DNA from: Eledone cirrhosa
Lineage: Eukaryota
DNA length: 64,000 nucleotides
Direction: 5' to 3'
Assembly: GCA_964016885.1 (NCBI GenBank)
Contig: OZ024743.1
Span: forward strand, 181,598,001-181,662,000
Within the stretch, counting starts at the first letter, position 1. Each line of letters opens with the position of its first letter. Made by a program: the position numbers and the translations under genes. Of the stretch, positions 1-14,800 are shown piece after piece. A model generated the notes under the pieces. That model did not search any database and had not been told where the DNA came from. It was given only the letters and a program-made list of their open reading frames with translations.

Positions 1-3000
1 TGTTGTTATGGTTGGTGGTTTGTAATTATGTTGTTGTTGTTGTTGTTATTGGTGGTGGTTTGGTAATTGTGTTGTTGTTGTTGTTATTATTGGTGGTGGT
101 TTGGTAATTGTGTTGTTGTTGTTGTTATTGGTGGTGGTTTGATTATTTTGATATTTTTGTATTTGTTGTTATTGGTGGTGGTTTGGTAATTGTGTTGTTG
201 TTGTTATTGTTATTGGTGATGGTTTGGTAATTGTGTTGTTGTTGTTGTTGTTATTGGTGGTGGTTGGTAATCGTGTTGTTATTGTTGTTGTTATTGGTGG
301 TGGTTTGTAATTGTGTTGTTGTTGGTGGTGGTGGTTTGGTAATTGTGTTGTTGTTGTTATTATTGGTGGTGGTTTGGTAATTGTGTTGTTGTTGTTGTTA
401 TTGGTGGTGGTTTGCTAGTTGTATTGTTGTTGTTGTTGTTATTGTTGGTGGTTCGATTATTGTGTTGTTGTTGTTGTTGTTGTTATTGGTGGTGGTTTGG
501 TAATTGTGTTGTTGTTGTTGTTGTTGTTGTTATTGGTGGTGGTTTGGTAATTGTGTTGTTGTTGTTGTTGTTATTGATGGTGGTTTGGTAATTGTGTTGT
601 TGTTGTTGTTATTATTGGTGGTGGTTTGCTAATTGTGTTGTTGTTGTTGTTGTTATTGGTGGTGGTTTGCTAATTGTGTTGTTGTTGTTGTTGTTGTTAT
701 TGGTGGTGGTTTGGTAATTGTGTTGTTGTTGTTGTTGTTATTGGTGGTGGTTTGATTATTGTGTTGTTATTGTTGTTGATGTTATTGGTTGTGGTTTGAT
801 TATTGTGTTGTTGTTGTTGTTGTTGTTATTGGTGGTGGTTTGTTCATTGTGTTGTAGTTGTTGTTGTTGTTATTTGTGCTGGTTTGGTAATTGTGTTGTT
901 GTTGTTATTGGTGGTGGTTTGTTGATTGTGTTGTTGTTGTTGTCGTTGTTATTGGTGGTGGTTTGATAATTGTGTTGTTGTTGTTGTTATTGGTGGTGGT
1001 TTGTAATTGTGTTGTTGTTGTTGTTATTGCTGGTGGTTTGGTGATTGTGTTGTTGTTGTTATTGGTGTTGGTTTGGTAATTGTATTGTTGTTGTTGTTGT
1101 TGTTATTGTTGGTGGTTTGTAATTGTGTTGTTGTTGTTGTTATTGGTGGTGGTTTGGTAATTGTGTTGTTGTTGTTGTTGTTATTGGTGATGGTTTGATT
1201 ATTGTGTTGTTGTTGTTGTTGTTATTGGTGGTGGTTTGATTATTGTGATATTTTTGTATTTGTTGTTATTGGTGGTAGTTTGGTAATTGTGTTGTTGTTG
1301 TTGTTGTTATTGGTGATGGTTTGGTAATTGTGTTGTTGTTGTTGTTGTTGTTATTGGTGGTGGTTTGTAATTGTGTTGTTGTTGTTGTTATTGGTGGTGG
1401 TTTGGTAATTGTGTTGTTGTTGTTGTTGTTATTGGTGGTGGTTTGGTAATTGTGTTGTTGTTGTTGTTATTGGTGTTGGTTTGATGATTCTGTTGTTGTT
1501 GGTGTTGTTATTGATATTGGTGATTATGTTGTTGTTGTTATTGGTGGTGGTTTGACGATTGTGTTGTTTTTGGTGTTGTTGTTGTTATTGGTGGTGGTTT
1601 GATGATTGTGTTGTTGTTGGTGTTGTTGTTGTTGGTGTTGGTGGTTTGGTGATTGTGTTGTTGTTGGTGTTGTTGTTGTTATTGGTGGTGGTTTGATGAT
1701 TGTGTTGTTGTTGTTGTTGTTATTATTGGTGGTGGTTTGAAGATTGTGTTGTTGTTGGTGTTGTTGTTATTGGTGGTGGTTTGGTAATTATGTTGTCGTT
1801 GTTGTTATTGGTGGTGGTTTCCTAATTGTGTTGTTGTTGTTGTTTGTTATTGTTGGTGGTTTGGTAATTGTGTTGTTGTTGTTGTTATTGGTGGTGGTTT
1901 GGTAATTGTGTTGTTGTTGTTGTTTTTATTGGTGGTGGTTTGATGATTGTGTTGTTGTTGGTGTTGTTGTTGGTGGTGGTTGTGGTTTGATAATTGTGTT
2001 GTTGTTATTGTTGTTATTGGTGGTGGTTTGGTAATTGTGTTTCTGTTGTCGTTGTTATTGGTGGTGGTTTGTAATTGTGTTGTTGTTGTTATTGGTGCTT
2101 GTTTGGTAATTGTGTTGTTGTTGTTGTTGTTATTGGTGGTGGTTTGGTAATTGTGTTGTTGTTGTTGTTGTTATTGGTGGTGGTTTGCTAATTGTATTGT
2201 TGTTGTTGTTGTTATTGTTGGTGTTTCGATTATTGTGTTGTTGTTGTTGTTGTTATTGGTGGTGGTTTGGTAATTGTGTTGTTGTTGTTATTATTGTTGG
2301 TGGTTTGTAATTGTGTTGTTGTTGTTGTTGTTGTTATTTGGTGGTTTGGTGATTGTGTTGTTGTTGTTGTTATTGGTGGTGGTTTGGTAATTGTGTTGTT
2401 GTTGTTGTTTTTATTGTTGGTGGTTTGGTAATTGTGTTGTTGTTGTTGTTGTTGTTATTGGTGGTGGTTTGGTAATAGTGTTGTTGTTGTTGTTGTTATT
2501 GATGGTGGATTGGTAATTGTGTTGTTGTTGTTGTTATTATTGGTGGTGGTTTGGTAATTATGTTGTCGTTGTTGTTATTGGTGGTGGTTTCCTAATTGTG
2601 TTGTTGTTGTTGTTTGTTATTGTTGGTGGTTTGGTAATTGTGTTGTTGTTGTTGTTATTGGTGGTGGTTTGGTAATTGTGTTGTTGTTGTTGTTGTTATT
2701 GGTGGTGGTTTTCTAATTGTGTTGTTGTTGTTGTTGTTGTTATTGGTGGTGGTTTGGTAATTCTGTTGTTGTTGTTGTTGTTATTGGTGGTGGTTTGATT
2801 ATTGTGTTGTTATTGTTGTTGTTGTTATTGGTTGTGGTTTGATTATTGTGTTGTTGTTGTTGTTGTTGTTATTGGTGGTGGTTTGGTAATTGTGTTGTAG
2901 TTGTTGTTGTTGTTATTGGTGCTGGTTTGGTAATTGTGTTGTTGTTGTTGTTGTTATTGGTGGTGGTTTGGTAATTGTGTTGTTGTTGTTGTTATTGGTG

Positions 3001-6000
3001 GTGGTTTGTAATTGTGTTGTTGTTGTTGTTATTGGTGGTGGTTTGGTGATTGTGTTGTTGTTGTTGTTGTTGTTATTGGTGTTGGTTTGGTAATTGTGTT
3101 GTTGTTGTTGTTGTTATTGTTGGTGGTTTGTAATTATGTTGTTGTTGTTGTTGTTATTGGTGGTGGTTTGGTAATTGTGTTGTTGTTGTTGTTATTGGTG
3201 GTGGTTTGATTATTTTGATATTTTTGTATTTGTTGTTATTGGTGGTGGTTTGGTAATTGTGTTGTTGTTGTTATTGTTATTGGTGATGGTTTGGTAATTG
3301 TGTTGTTGTTGTTGTTGTTATTGGTGGTGGTTGGTAATCGTGTTGTTATTGTTGTTGTTATTGGTGGTGGTTTGTAATTGTGTTGTTGTTGTTGGTGGTG
3401 GTTTGGTAATTGTGTTGTTGTTGTTATTATTGGTGGTGGTTTGGTAATTGTGTTGTTGTTGTTGTTATTGGTGGCGGTTTGCTAGTTGTATTGTTGTTGT
3501 TGTTGTTATTGTTGGTGGTTCGATTATTGTGTTGTTGTTGTTGTTGTTGTTATTGGTGGTGGTTTGGTAATTGTGTTGTTGTTGTTGTTGTTGTTATTGA
3601 TGGTGGTTTGGTAATTGTGTTGTTGTTGTTGTTATTATTGGTGGTGGTTTGCTAATTGTGTTGTTGTTGTTGTTGTTATTGGTGGTGGTTTGCTAATTGT
3701 GTTGTTGTTGTTGTTGTTGTTATTGATGGTGGTTTGGTAATTGTGTTGTTGTTGTTATTGGTGGTGGTTTGATTATTGTGTTGTTATTGTTGTTGATGTT
3801 ATTGGTTGTGGTTTGATTATTGTGTTGTTGTTGTTGTTGTTGTTATTGGTGGTGGTTTGTTCATTGTGTTGTAGTTGTTGTTGTTGTTATTTGTGCTGGT
3901 TTGGTAATTGTGTTGTTGTTGTTATTGGTGGTGGTTTGTTGATTGTGTTGTTGTTGTTGTCGTTGTTATTGGTGGTGGTTTGGTAATTGTGTTGTTGTTG
4001 TTGTTATTGGTGGTGGTTTGTAATTGTGTTGTTGTTGTTGTTACTGGTGGTGGTTTGGTGATTGTGTTGTTGTTGTTATTGGTGTTGGTTTGGTAATTGT
4101 GTTGTTGTTGTTGTTGTTGTTATTGTTGGTGGTTTGTAATTGTGTTGTTGTTGTTGTTATTGGTGGTGGTTTGGTAATTGTGCTGTTGTTGTTGTTGTTA
4201 TTGGTGATGGTTTGATTATTGTGTTGTTGTTGTTGTTATTGGTGGTGGTTTGATTATTGTGATATTTTTGTATTTGTTGTTATTGGTGGTAGTTTGGTAA
4301 TTGTGTTGTTGTTGTTGTTGTTATTGGTGATGGTTTGGTAATTGTGTTGTTGTTGTTGTTGTTGTTATTGGTGGTGGTTTGTAATTGTGTTGTTGTTGTT
4401 GTTATTGGTGGTGGTTTGGTAATTGTGTTGTTGTTGTTGTTGTTATTGGTGGTGGTTTGGTAATTGTGTTGTTGTTGTTATTATTGGTGATGGTTTGGTA
4501 ATTGTGTTGTTGTTGTTGTTATTAGTGGTGGTTTGCTAATTGTATTGTTGTTGTTGTTGTTATTGTTGGTGGTTCGATTATTGTGTTGATGTTGTTGTTG
4601 TTGTTATTGGTGGTGGTTTGGTAATTGTGTTGTTGTTGTTATTGTTGGTGGTTCGTTTATTGTGTTGTTGTTGTTGTTGTTATTGGTGGTGATTTGCTAA
4701 TTGTGTTGTTGTTGTTGTTGTTGTTGTTATTGGCGGTGGTTTGGTAAATGTGTTGTTGTTGTTGTTGTTGTTATTGATGGTGGTTTGGCAATTGTGTTGT
4801 TGTTGTTGTTATTATTGGTGGTGGTTTGCTAATTGTGTTGTTGTTGTTGTTGTTATTGGTGGTGGTTTGCTAATTGTGTTGTTGTTGTTGTTGTTATTGG
4901 TGGTGGTTTGGTAATTGTGTTGTTGTTGTTGTTGTTATTGGTGGTGGTTTGATTATTGTGTTGTTATTGTTGTTGATGTTATTGGTTGTGGTTTGATTAT
5001 TGTGTTGTTGTTGTTGTTGTTGTTATTGGTGGTGGTTTGGTAATTGTGTTGTTGTTGTTATTGTTGGTGGTTTGTTTATTGTGTTGTTGCTGTTGTTGTT
5101 GTTATTCGTGGTGGTTTGGTAATTGTGATGTTGTTGTTATTATTGTTGGTGGTTTGTAATTGTGTTGTTGTTGTTGTTGTTATTGGTGGTGGTTTGGTAA
5201 TTGTGTTGTTGTTGTTGTTGTTATTGATGGTGGTTTGGTAATTGTGTGGTTGTTGTTGTTATTATTGGTGGTGGTTTGGTAATTATGTTGTTGTTGTTGT
5301 TGTTATTGGTGGTGGTTTGCTAATTGTGTTGTTATTGTTGTTATTGTTGGTGGTTTGGTAATTGTGTTGTTGTTGTTGTTGTTGTTATTGGTGGTGGTTT
5401 GGTAATTGTGTTGTTGTTGTTGTTGTTATTGGTGGTGGTTTGCTAATTGTGTTGTTGTTGTTGTTGTTATTGGTGGTGGTTTGGTAATTGCTTTGTTGTT
5501 GTTGTTGTTATTGGTGGTGGTTTGATTATTGTGTTGTTGTTGTTGTTTTTATTGGTGGTGGTTTGATGATTGTGTTGCTGTTGTTGTTGTTATTGGTGGT
5601 GGTTTGTAATTGTGTTGTTGTTGTTGTTGTTATTGGTTCTGGTTTGGTAATTGTGTTGTTGTTGTTGTTGTTATTGGTGGTGGTTTGGTGATTGTGTTGT
5701 TGTTGTTATTGGTGGTGGTTTGGTAATTGTGTTGTTGTTGTTGTTATTGGTGGTGGTTTGCTAATTGTATTGTTGTTGTTGTTGTTATTGTTGGTGGTTC
5801 GATTATTGTGTTGTTGTTGTTGTTGTTGTTATTGGTGGTAGTTTGGTAATTGTGTTGTTGTTGTTATTGTTGGTGGTTCGTTTATTGTGTTGTTGCTGTT
5901 GTTGTTGTTATTCGTGGTGGTTTGGTAATTGTGTTGTTGTTGTTGTTGTTATTTGGTGGTTTGGTGATTGTGTTGTTGTTGTTGTTGTTATTGGTGGTGG

Positions 6001-8886
6001 TTTAGTAATTGTGTGGTTGTTGTTGTTGTTATTGGTGGTGGTTTGCTAATTGTGTTGTTGTTGTTGTTGTTATTGTTGGTGGTTTGGTAATAGTGTTGTT
6101 GTTGTTGTTGTTGTTATTGGTGGTGGTTTGGTAATTGTGTTGTTGTTGTTGTTGTTATTATTGGTGGTGGTTTGGTAATTATGTTGTTGTTGTTGTTGTG
6201 ATTGGTGGTGGTTTGCTAATTGTGTTGTTGTTGTTGTTGTTATTGTTGGTGGTTTGGTAATTGTGTTGTTGTTGTTATTATTATTGGTTGTGATTTGGTA
6301 ATTGTGTTGTTGTTGTTGTTGTTATTGGTGGTGGTTTGATTATTGTGTTGTTATTGTTGTTGTTGTTATTGGTTGTGTTTGATTATTGTGTTGTTGTTGT
6401 TGTTGTTATTGGTGGTGGTTTGGTAATTGTGTTGTTGTTGTTGTTGTTGTTATTGGTGCTGGTTTGGTAATTGTGTTGTTGTTGTTGTTGTTGTTATTGG
6501 TGGAGGTTTGTAATTGTGTTGTTGTTGTTATTGGTGGTGGTTTGGTAAATGTGTTGTTGTTGTTGTTATTGGTGGTGGTTTGGTAATTGTGTTGTTGTTG
6601 TTGTTATTGGTGGTGGTTTGTAATTGTGTTGTTGTTGTTGTTATTGGTGGTGGTTTGATTATTGTGTTGTTGTTGTTGTTGTTGTTATTGTTGGTGGTTT
6701 GATTATGGTGATTTTGTTGTTGGTGTTGTTATTGGTGTTGGTTTGGTAATTGTGTTGTTGTTGTTGTTGTTATTGGTGGTGGTTTGGTAATTGTGTTGTT
6801 GTTGTTGTTATTGGTGATGGTTTGATTATTGTGTTGTAGTTGTTGTTGTTATTGGTGGTGGTTTTTAATTGTGTTGTTGTTGTTGTTATTGGTGGTGGTT
6901 TGGTAATTGTGTTGTTGTTGTTGTAGTTATTGGTGGTGGTTTCCTAATTGTGTTGTTGTTGTTGTTGTTATTGGTGGTGGTTTGGTAATTGTGTTGTTGT
7001 TGTTATTATTGGTGATGGTTTGGTAATTGTGTTGTTGTTGTTGTTATTAGTGGTGGTTTGCTAATTGTATTGTTGTTGTTGTTGTTATTGTTGGTGGTTC
7101 GATTATTGTGTTGATGTTGTTGTTGTTGTTATTGGTGGTGGTTTGGTAATTGTGTTGTTGTTGTTATTGTTGGTGGTTTGTTTATTGTGTTGTTGCTGTT
7201 GTTGTTGTTATTCGTGGTGGTTTGGTAATTGTGATGTTGTTATTATTGTTGGTGGTTTGTAATTGTGTTGTTGTTGTTGTTGTTATTGGTGGTGGTTTGG
7301 TAATTGTGTTGTTGTTGTTGTTGTTATTGATGGTGGTTTGGTAATTGTGTGGTTGTTGTTGTTATTATTGGTGGTGGTTTGGTTATTATGTTGTTGTTGT
7401 TGTTGTTATTGGTGGTGGTTTGCTAATTGTGTTGTTGTTGTTGTTATTGTTGGTGGTTTGGTAATTGTGTTGTTGTTGTTGTTGTTGTTATTGGTGGTGG
7501 TTTGGTAATTGTGTTGTTGTTGTTGTTGTTATTGGTGGTGGTTTGGTGATTGTGTTGTTGTTGTTATTGGTGGTGGTTTGGTAATTGTGTTGTTGTTGTT
7601 GTTATTGGTGGTGGTTTGCTAATTGTATTGTTGTTGTTGTTGTTATTGTTGGTGGTTCGATTATTGTGTTGTTGTTGTTGTTGTTGTTATTGGTGGTAGT
7701 TTGGTAATTGTGTTGTTGTTGTTATTGTTGGTGGATCGTTTATTGTGTTGTTGCTGTTGTTGTTGTTATTCGTGGTGGTTTGGTAATTGTGTTGTTGTTG
7801 TTATTATTGTTGGTGGTTTGTAATTTTGTTGTTGTTGTTGTTGTTATTTGGTGGTTTTGTGATTGTGTTGTTGTTGTTGTTGTTATTGGTGGTGGTTTAG
7901 TAATTGTGTGGTTGTTGTTGTTGTTATTGGTGGTGGTTTGCTAATTGTGTTGTTGTTGTTGTTGTTATTGTTGGTGGTTTGGTAATAGTGTTGTTGTTGT
8001 TGTTGTTGTTGTTATTGGTGGTGGTTTGGTAATTGTGTTGTTGTTGTTGTTATTATTGGTGGTGGTTTGTTAATTATGTTGTTGTTGTTGTTGTGATTGG
8101 TGGTGGTTTGCTAATTGTGTTGTTGTTGTTGTTGTTATTGTTAGTGGTTTGGTAATTGTGTTGTTGTTGTTGTTGTTATTGGTGGTGGTTTGATTATTGT
8201 GTTGTTATTGTTGTTGTTGTTATTGGTTGTGGTTTGATTATTGTGTTGTTGTTGTTGTTGTTGTTATTGGTGCTGGTTTGGTAATTGTGTTGTTGTTGTT
8301 GTTGTTGTTATTGGTGGAGGTTTGTAATTGTGTTTTTGTTGTTATTGGTGGTGGTTTGCTAATTGTGTTGTTGTTGTTGTTGTTATTGTTAGTGGTTTGG
8401 TAATTGTGTTGTTGTTGTTGTTGTTATTGGTGGTGGTTTGATTATTGTGTTGTTATTGTTGTTGTTGTTATTGGTTGTGGTTTGATTATTGTGTTGTTGT
8501 TGTTGTTGTTGTTGTTATTGGTGCTGGTTTGGTAATTGTGTTGTTGTTGTTGTTATTGGTGGTGGTTTGGTAATTGTGTTGTTGTTGTTGTTGTTATTGG
8601 TGGTGGTTTGTAATTGTGTTGTTGTTGTTGTTGTTGGTGGTGGTTTGATTATTGTGTTGTTGTTGTTGTTGTTGTTATTGTTGGTGGTTTGATTATGGTG
8701 ATTTTGTTGTTGTTGTTGTTATTGGTGTTGGTTTGGTAATTGTGTTGTTGTTGTTGTTGTTATTGGTGGTGGTTTGGTAATTGTGTTGTTGTTGTTGTTA
8801 TTGGTGATGGTTTGATTATTGTGTTGTTGTTGTTGTTATTGGTGGTGGTTTGATTATTTTGATATTTTTGTATTTGTTGTTATTGG

Positions 8887-11800
8887 TGGTGGTTTGGTAA
8901 TTGTGTTGTTGTTGTTATTGTTATTGGTGATGGTTTGGTAATTGTGTTGTTGTTGTTGTTGTTGTTGTTATTGGTGGTGGTTTGTAATTGTGTTGTTGTT
9001 GTTGTTGTTGGTGGTGGTTTGGTAATTGTGTTGTTGTTGTTGTTATTGGTGGTGGTTTGGTAATTGTGTTGTTGTTGTTATTATTGGTGGTGGTTTGGTA
9101 ATTGTGTTGTTGTTGTTGTTATTGGTGGTGGTTTGCTAGTTGTATTGTTGTTGTTGTTGTTATTGTTGGTGGTTCGATTATTGTGTTGTTGTTGTTGTTG
9201 TTGTTATTGGTGGTGGTTTGGTAATTGTGTTGTTGTTATTATTGTTGGTGGTTTGTAATTGTGTTGTTGTTGTTGTTGTTATTGGTGGTGATTTGCTAAT
9301 TGTGTTGTTGTTGTTGTTGTTGTTGTTGTTATAGGTGGTGGTTTGGTAATTGTGTTGTTGTTGTTATTGTTATTGATGGTGGTTTGGTAATTGTGTTGTT
9401 GTTGTTGTTGTTGTTATTGGTGGTGGTGTGGTAATTGTGTTGTAGTTGTTATTGTTGTTATTTGTGCTGGTTTGGTAATTGTGTTGTTGTTGTTATTGGT
9501 GGTGGTTTGTTGATTGTGTTGTTGTTGTTGTCGTTGTTATTGGTGGTGGTTTGGTAATTGTGTTGTTGTTGTTGTTGTTAATGGTGGTGGTTTGTAATTG
9601 TGTTGTTGTTGTTATTGGTGGTGGTTTGGTGATTGTGTTGTTGTTGTTATTGGTGTTGGTTTGGAAATTGTGTTGTTGTTGTTGTTGTTGTTGTTATTGT
9701 TGGTGGTTTGTAATTGTGTTGTTGTTGTTGTTATTGGTGGTGGTTTGGTAATTGTGTTGTTGTTGTTGTTGTTATTGGTGATGGTTTGATTATTGTGTTG
9801 TTGTTGTTGTTATTGGTGGTGGTTTGATTATTGTGATATTTTTGTATTTGTTGTTATTGGTGGTGGTTTGGTAATTGTGTTGTTGTTGTTGTTGTTGTTA
9901 TTGGTGATGGTTTGGTAATTGTGTTGTTGTTGTTGTTGTTGTTGTTATTGGTGGTGGTTTGTAATTGTGTTGTTGTTGTTGTTATTGGTGGTGGTTTGCT
10001 AATTGTGTTGTTGTTGTTGTTGTTATTGGTGGTGGTTTGGTAATTGTGTTGTTGTTGTTGTTGTTATTGGTGGTGGTTTGCTAATTGTGTTGTTGTTGTT
10101 GTTGTTATTGGTGGTGGTTTGGTAATTGCTTTGTTGTTGTTGTTGTTATTGGTGGTGGTTTGATTATTGTGTTGTTGTTGTTGTTTTTATTGGTGGTGGT
10201 TTGATGATTGTGTTACTGTTGTTGTTGTTATTGGTGGTGGTTTGTAATTGTGTTGTTGTTGTTGTTATTGGTGCTGGTTTGGTAATTGTGTTGTTGTTGT
10301 TATTGGTGGTGGTTTGGTAATTGTGTTGTTGTTGTTGTTATTGGTGGTGGTTTGCTAATTGTGTTGTTGTTGTTGTTGTTATTGTTAGTGGTTTGGTAAT
10401 TGTGTTGTTGTTGTTGTTGTTATTGGTGGTGGTTTGATTATTGTGTTGTTATTGTTGTTGTTGTTATTGGTTGTGGTTTGATTATTGTGTTGTTGTTGTT
10501 GTTGTTGTTATTGGTGCTGGTTTGGTAATTGTGTTGTTGTTGTTGTTGTTGTTATTGGTGGAGGTTTGTAATTGTGTTTTTGTTGTTATTGGTGGTGGTT
10601 TGGTAAATGTGTTGTTGTTGTTGTTATTGGTGGTGGTTTGGTAATTGTGTTGTTGCTGTTGTTGTTATTGGTGGTGGTTTGGTAATTGTGTTGTTGCTGT
10701 TGTTGTTATTGGTGGTGGTTTGTAATTGTGTTGTTGTTGTTGTTATTGGTGGTGGTTTGATTATTGTGTTGTTGTTGTTGTTGTTGTTATTGTTGGTGGT
10801 TTGATTATGGTGATTTTGTTGTTGTTGTTGTTATTGGTGTTGGTTTGGTAATTGTGTTGTTGTTGTTGTTGTTATTGGTGGTGGTTTGGTAATTGTGTTG
10901 TTGTTGTTGTTATTGGTGATGGTTTGATTTTTGTGTTGTTGTTGTTGTTATTGGTGGTGGTTTGATTATTTTGATATTTTTGTATTTGTTGTTATTGGTG
11001 GTGGTTTGGTAATTGTGTTGTTGTTGTTATTGTTATTGGTGATGGTTTGGTAATTGTGTTGTTGTTGTTGTTGTTGTTGTTATTGGTGGTGGTTTGTAAT
11101 TGTGTTGTTGTTGTTGTTGTTGGTGGTGGTTTGGTAATTGTGTTGTTGTTGTTGTTATTGGTGGTGGTTTGGTAATTGTGTTGTTGTTGTTATTATTGGT
11201 GGTGGTTTGGTAATTGTGTTGTTGTTGTTGTTATTGGTGGTGGTTTGCTAGTTGTATTGTTGTTGTTGTTGTTATTGTTGGTGGTTCGATTATTGTGTTG
11301 TTGTTGTTGTTGTTGTTATTGGTGGTGGTTTGGTAATTGTGTTGTTGTTATTATTGTTGGTGGTTTGTAATTGTGTTGTTGTTGTTGTTGTTATTGGTGG
11401 TGATTTGCTAATTGTGTTGTTGTTGTTGTTGTTGTTGTTATAGGTGGTGGTTTGGTAATTGTGTTGTTGTTGTTATTGTTATTGATGGTGGTTTGGTGAT
11501 TGTGTTGTTGTTGTTGTTATTATTGGTGGTGGTTTGCTAATTGTGTTGTTGTTGTTGTTGTTATTGGTGGTGGTTTGGTAATTGTGTTGTTGTTGTTGTT
11601 GTTATTGGTGGTGGTTTGATTATTGTGTTGTTATTGTTGTTGATGTTATTGGTTGTGGTTTGATTATTGTGTTGTTGTTGTTGTTGTTGTTGTTATTGGT
11701 GGTGGTTTGTTCATTGTGTTGTTGTTGTTGTTGTTGTTATTGGTGGTGGTGTGGTAATTGTGTTGTAGTTGTTATTGTTGTTATTTGTGCTGGTTTGGTA

Positions 11801-14800
11801 ATTGTGTTGTTGTTGTTATTGGTGGTGGTTTGTTGATTGTGTTGTTGTTGTTGTCGTTGTTATTGGTGGTGGTTTGGTAATTGTGTTGTTGTTGTTGTTG
11901 TTAATGGTGGTGGTTTGTAATTGTGTTGTTGTTGTTATTGGTGGTGGTTTGGTGATTGTGTTGTTGTTGTTATTGGTGTTGGTTTGGAAATTGTGTTGTT
12001 GTTGTTGTTGTTGTTGTTATTGTTGGTGGTTTGTAATTGTGTTGTTGTTGTTGTTATTGGTGGTGGTTTGGTAATTGTGTTGTTGTTGTTGTTGTTATTG
12101 GTGATGGTTTGATTATTGTGTTGTTGTTGTTGTTATTGGTGGTGGTTTGATTATTGTGATATTTTTGTATTTGTTGTTATTGGTGGTGGTTTGGTAATTG
12201 TGTTGTTGTTGTTGTTGTTGTTATTGGTGATGGTTTGGTAATTGTGTTGTTGTTGTTGTTGTTGTTGTTGTTATTGGTGGTGGTTTGTAATTGTGTTGTT
12301 GTTGTTGTTATTGGTGGTGGTTTGCTAAATGTGTTGTTGTTGTTGTTGTTATTGGTGGTGGTTTGGTAATTGTGTTGTTGTTGTTATTATTGGTGATGGT
12401 TTGGTAATTGTGTTGTTGCTGTTGTTATTAGTGGTGGTTTGCTAATTGTCTTGTTGTTGTTGTTGTTATTGTTGGTGGTTCGATTATTGTGTTGATGTTG
12501 TTGTTGTTGTTATTGGTGGTGGTTTGGTAATTGTGTTGTTGTTGTTATTGTTGTTATTGGTGATGGTTTGGTAATTGTGTTGTTGTTGTTGTTGTTGTTG
12601 TTATTCGTGGTGGTTTGGTAATTGTGATGTTGTTGTTATTATTGTTGGTGGTTTGTAATTGTGTTGTTGTTGTTGTTATTGGTGGTGATTTGCTAATTGT
12701 GTTGTTGTTGTTGTTGCTGTTGTTGTTGTTATTGGTGGTGGTTTGGTAATTGTGTGGTTGTTGTTGTTATTATTGGTGGTGGTTTGGTAATTATGTTGTT
12801 GTCGTTGTTGTTATTGGTGGTGGTTTGCTAATTGTGTTGTTGTTGTTGTTGTTATTGTTGGTGGTTTGGTAATTGTGTTGTTGTTGTTGTTGTTGTTATT
12901 GGTGGTGGTTTGGTAATTGTGTTGTTGTTGTTGTTGTTATTGGAGGTGGTTTGCTAATTGTGTTGTTGTTGTTGTTGTTATTGGTGGTGGTTTGGTAATT
13001 GCTTTGTTGTTGTTGTTGTTATTGGTGGTGGTTTGATTATTGTGTTGTTGTTGTTGTTTTTATTGGTGGTGGTTTGATGATTGTGTTGCTGTTGTTGTTG
13101 TTATTGGTGGTGGTTTGTAATTGTGTTGTTGTTGTTGTTATTGGTGGTGGTTTGGTAATTGTGTTGTTGTTGTTGTTATTGGTGGTGGTTTGCTAATTGT
13201 ATTGTTGTTGTTGTTGTTATTGTTGGTGGTTCGATTATTGTGTTGTTGTTGTTGTTGTTGTTATTGGTGGTAGTTTGGTAATTGTGTTGTTGTTGTTGTT
13301 ATTGTTGGTGGTTCGTTTATTGTGTTGTTGCTGTTGTTGTTGTTATTCGTGGTGGTTTGGTAATTGTGTTGTTGTTGTTATTATTGTTGGTGGTTTGTAA
13401 TTGTGTTGTTGTTGTTGTTGTTGTTATTTGGTGGTTTGTTGATTGTGTTGTTGTTGTTGTTATTGGTGGTGGTTTGGTAATTGTGTTGTTATTGTTGTTA
13501 TTGGTGGTGGTTTGCTAATTGTGTTGTTGTTGTTGTTGTTATTTTTGGTGGTTTGGTAATAGTGTTGTTGTTGTTGTTATTTGTGGTGGTTTGCTAATTG
13601 TGTTGTTGTTGTTGTTGTTATTGTTGGTGGTTTGGTAATAGTGTTGTTGTTGTTGTTGTTGTTATTGGTGGTGGTTTGGTAATTGTGTTGTTGTTGTTGT
13701 AGTTATTGGTGGTGGATTGATTATTGTGTTGTTATTGTTGTTGTTGTTATTCGTTGTGGTTTGATTATTGTGTTGTTGTGTTGTTGTTATTGATGGTGGT
13801 TTGTTCATTGTGTTGTTGTTGTTATTATTGGTGGTGGTTTGTTAATTGTGTTGTAGTTGTTGTTGTTGTTATTGGTGCTGGTTTGTTGATTGTGTTGTTG
13901 TTGTCGTTGTTATTGGTGGTGGTTTGGTAATTGTGTTGTTGTTGTTGTTATTGTTGGTTGTTTGTAATTGTGTTGTTGTTGTTGTTATTGGTGGTGGTTT
14001 GGTGATTGTGTTGTTGTTGTTGTTGTTGTTATTGGTGTTGGTTTGGTCATTGTGTTGTTGTTGTTGTTGTTGTTATTGTTGGTGGTTTGTAATTGTGTTG
14101 TTGTTGTTATTGGTGGTGGTTTGGTAATTGTGTTGTTGTTGTTGTTGTTATTGGTGATGGTTTGATTATTGTGTTGTTGTTGTTGTTATTGGTGGTGGTT
14201 TGGTAATTGTGTTGTTGTTGTTGTTGTTATTGGTGATGGTTTGGTAATTGTGTTGTTGTTGTAGTTGTTGTTATTGGTGGTGGTTGGTAATCATGTTGTT
14301 ATTGTTGTTGTTATTGGTGGTGGTTTGTAATTGTGTTGTTGTTGTTGTTATTGGTGGAGGTTTGCTAATTGTATTGTTGTTGTTGTTGTTATTGTTGGTG
14401 GTTCGATTATTGTGTTGTTGTTGTTGTTGTTGTTGTTGTTATTGGTGGTGGTTTGGTAATTGTGTTGTTGTTGTTATTGTTGGTGTTTCGTTTATTGTGT
14501 TGTTGCTGTTGTTGTTGTTATTCGTGGTGGTTTGGTAATTGTGATGTTGTTGTTATTATTGTTGGTGGTTTGTAATTGTGTCGTTGTTGTTGTTGTTATT
14601 GGTGGTGATTTGCTAATTGTGTTGTTGTTGTTGTTGTTGTTATTGGTGGTGGTTTGGTAATTGTGTTGTTGTTGTTGTTATTGATGGTGGTTTGGTAATT
14701 GTGTTGTTGTTGTTGTTATTATTGGTGGTGGTTTGGTAATTATGTTGTTGTTGTTGTTGTGATTGGTGGTGGTTTGCTAATTGTGTTGTTGTTGTTGTTG

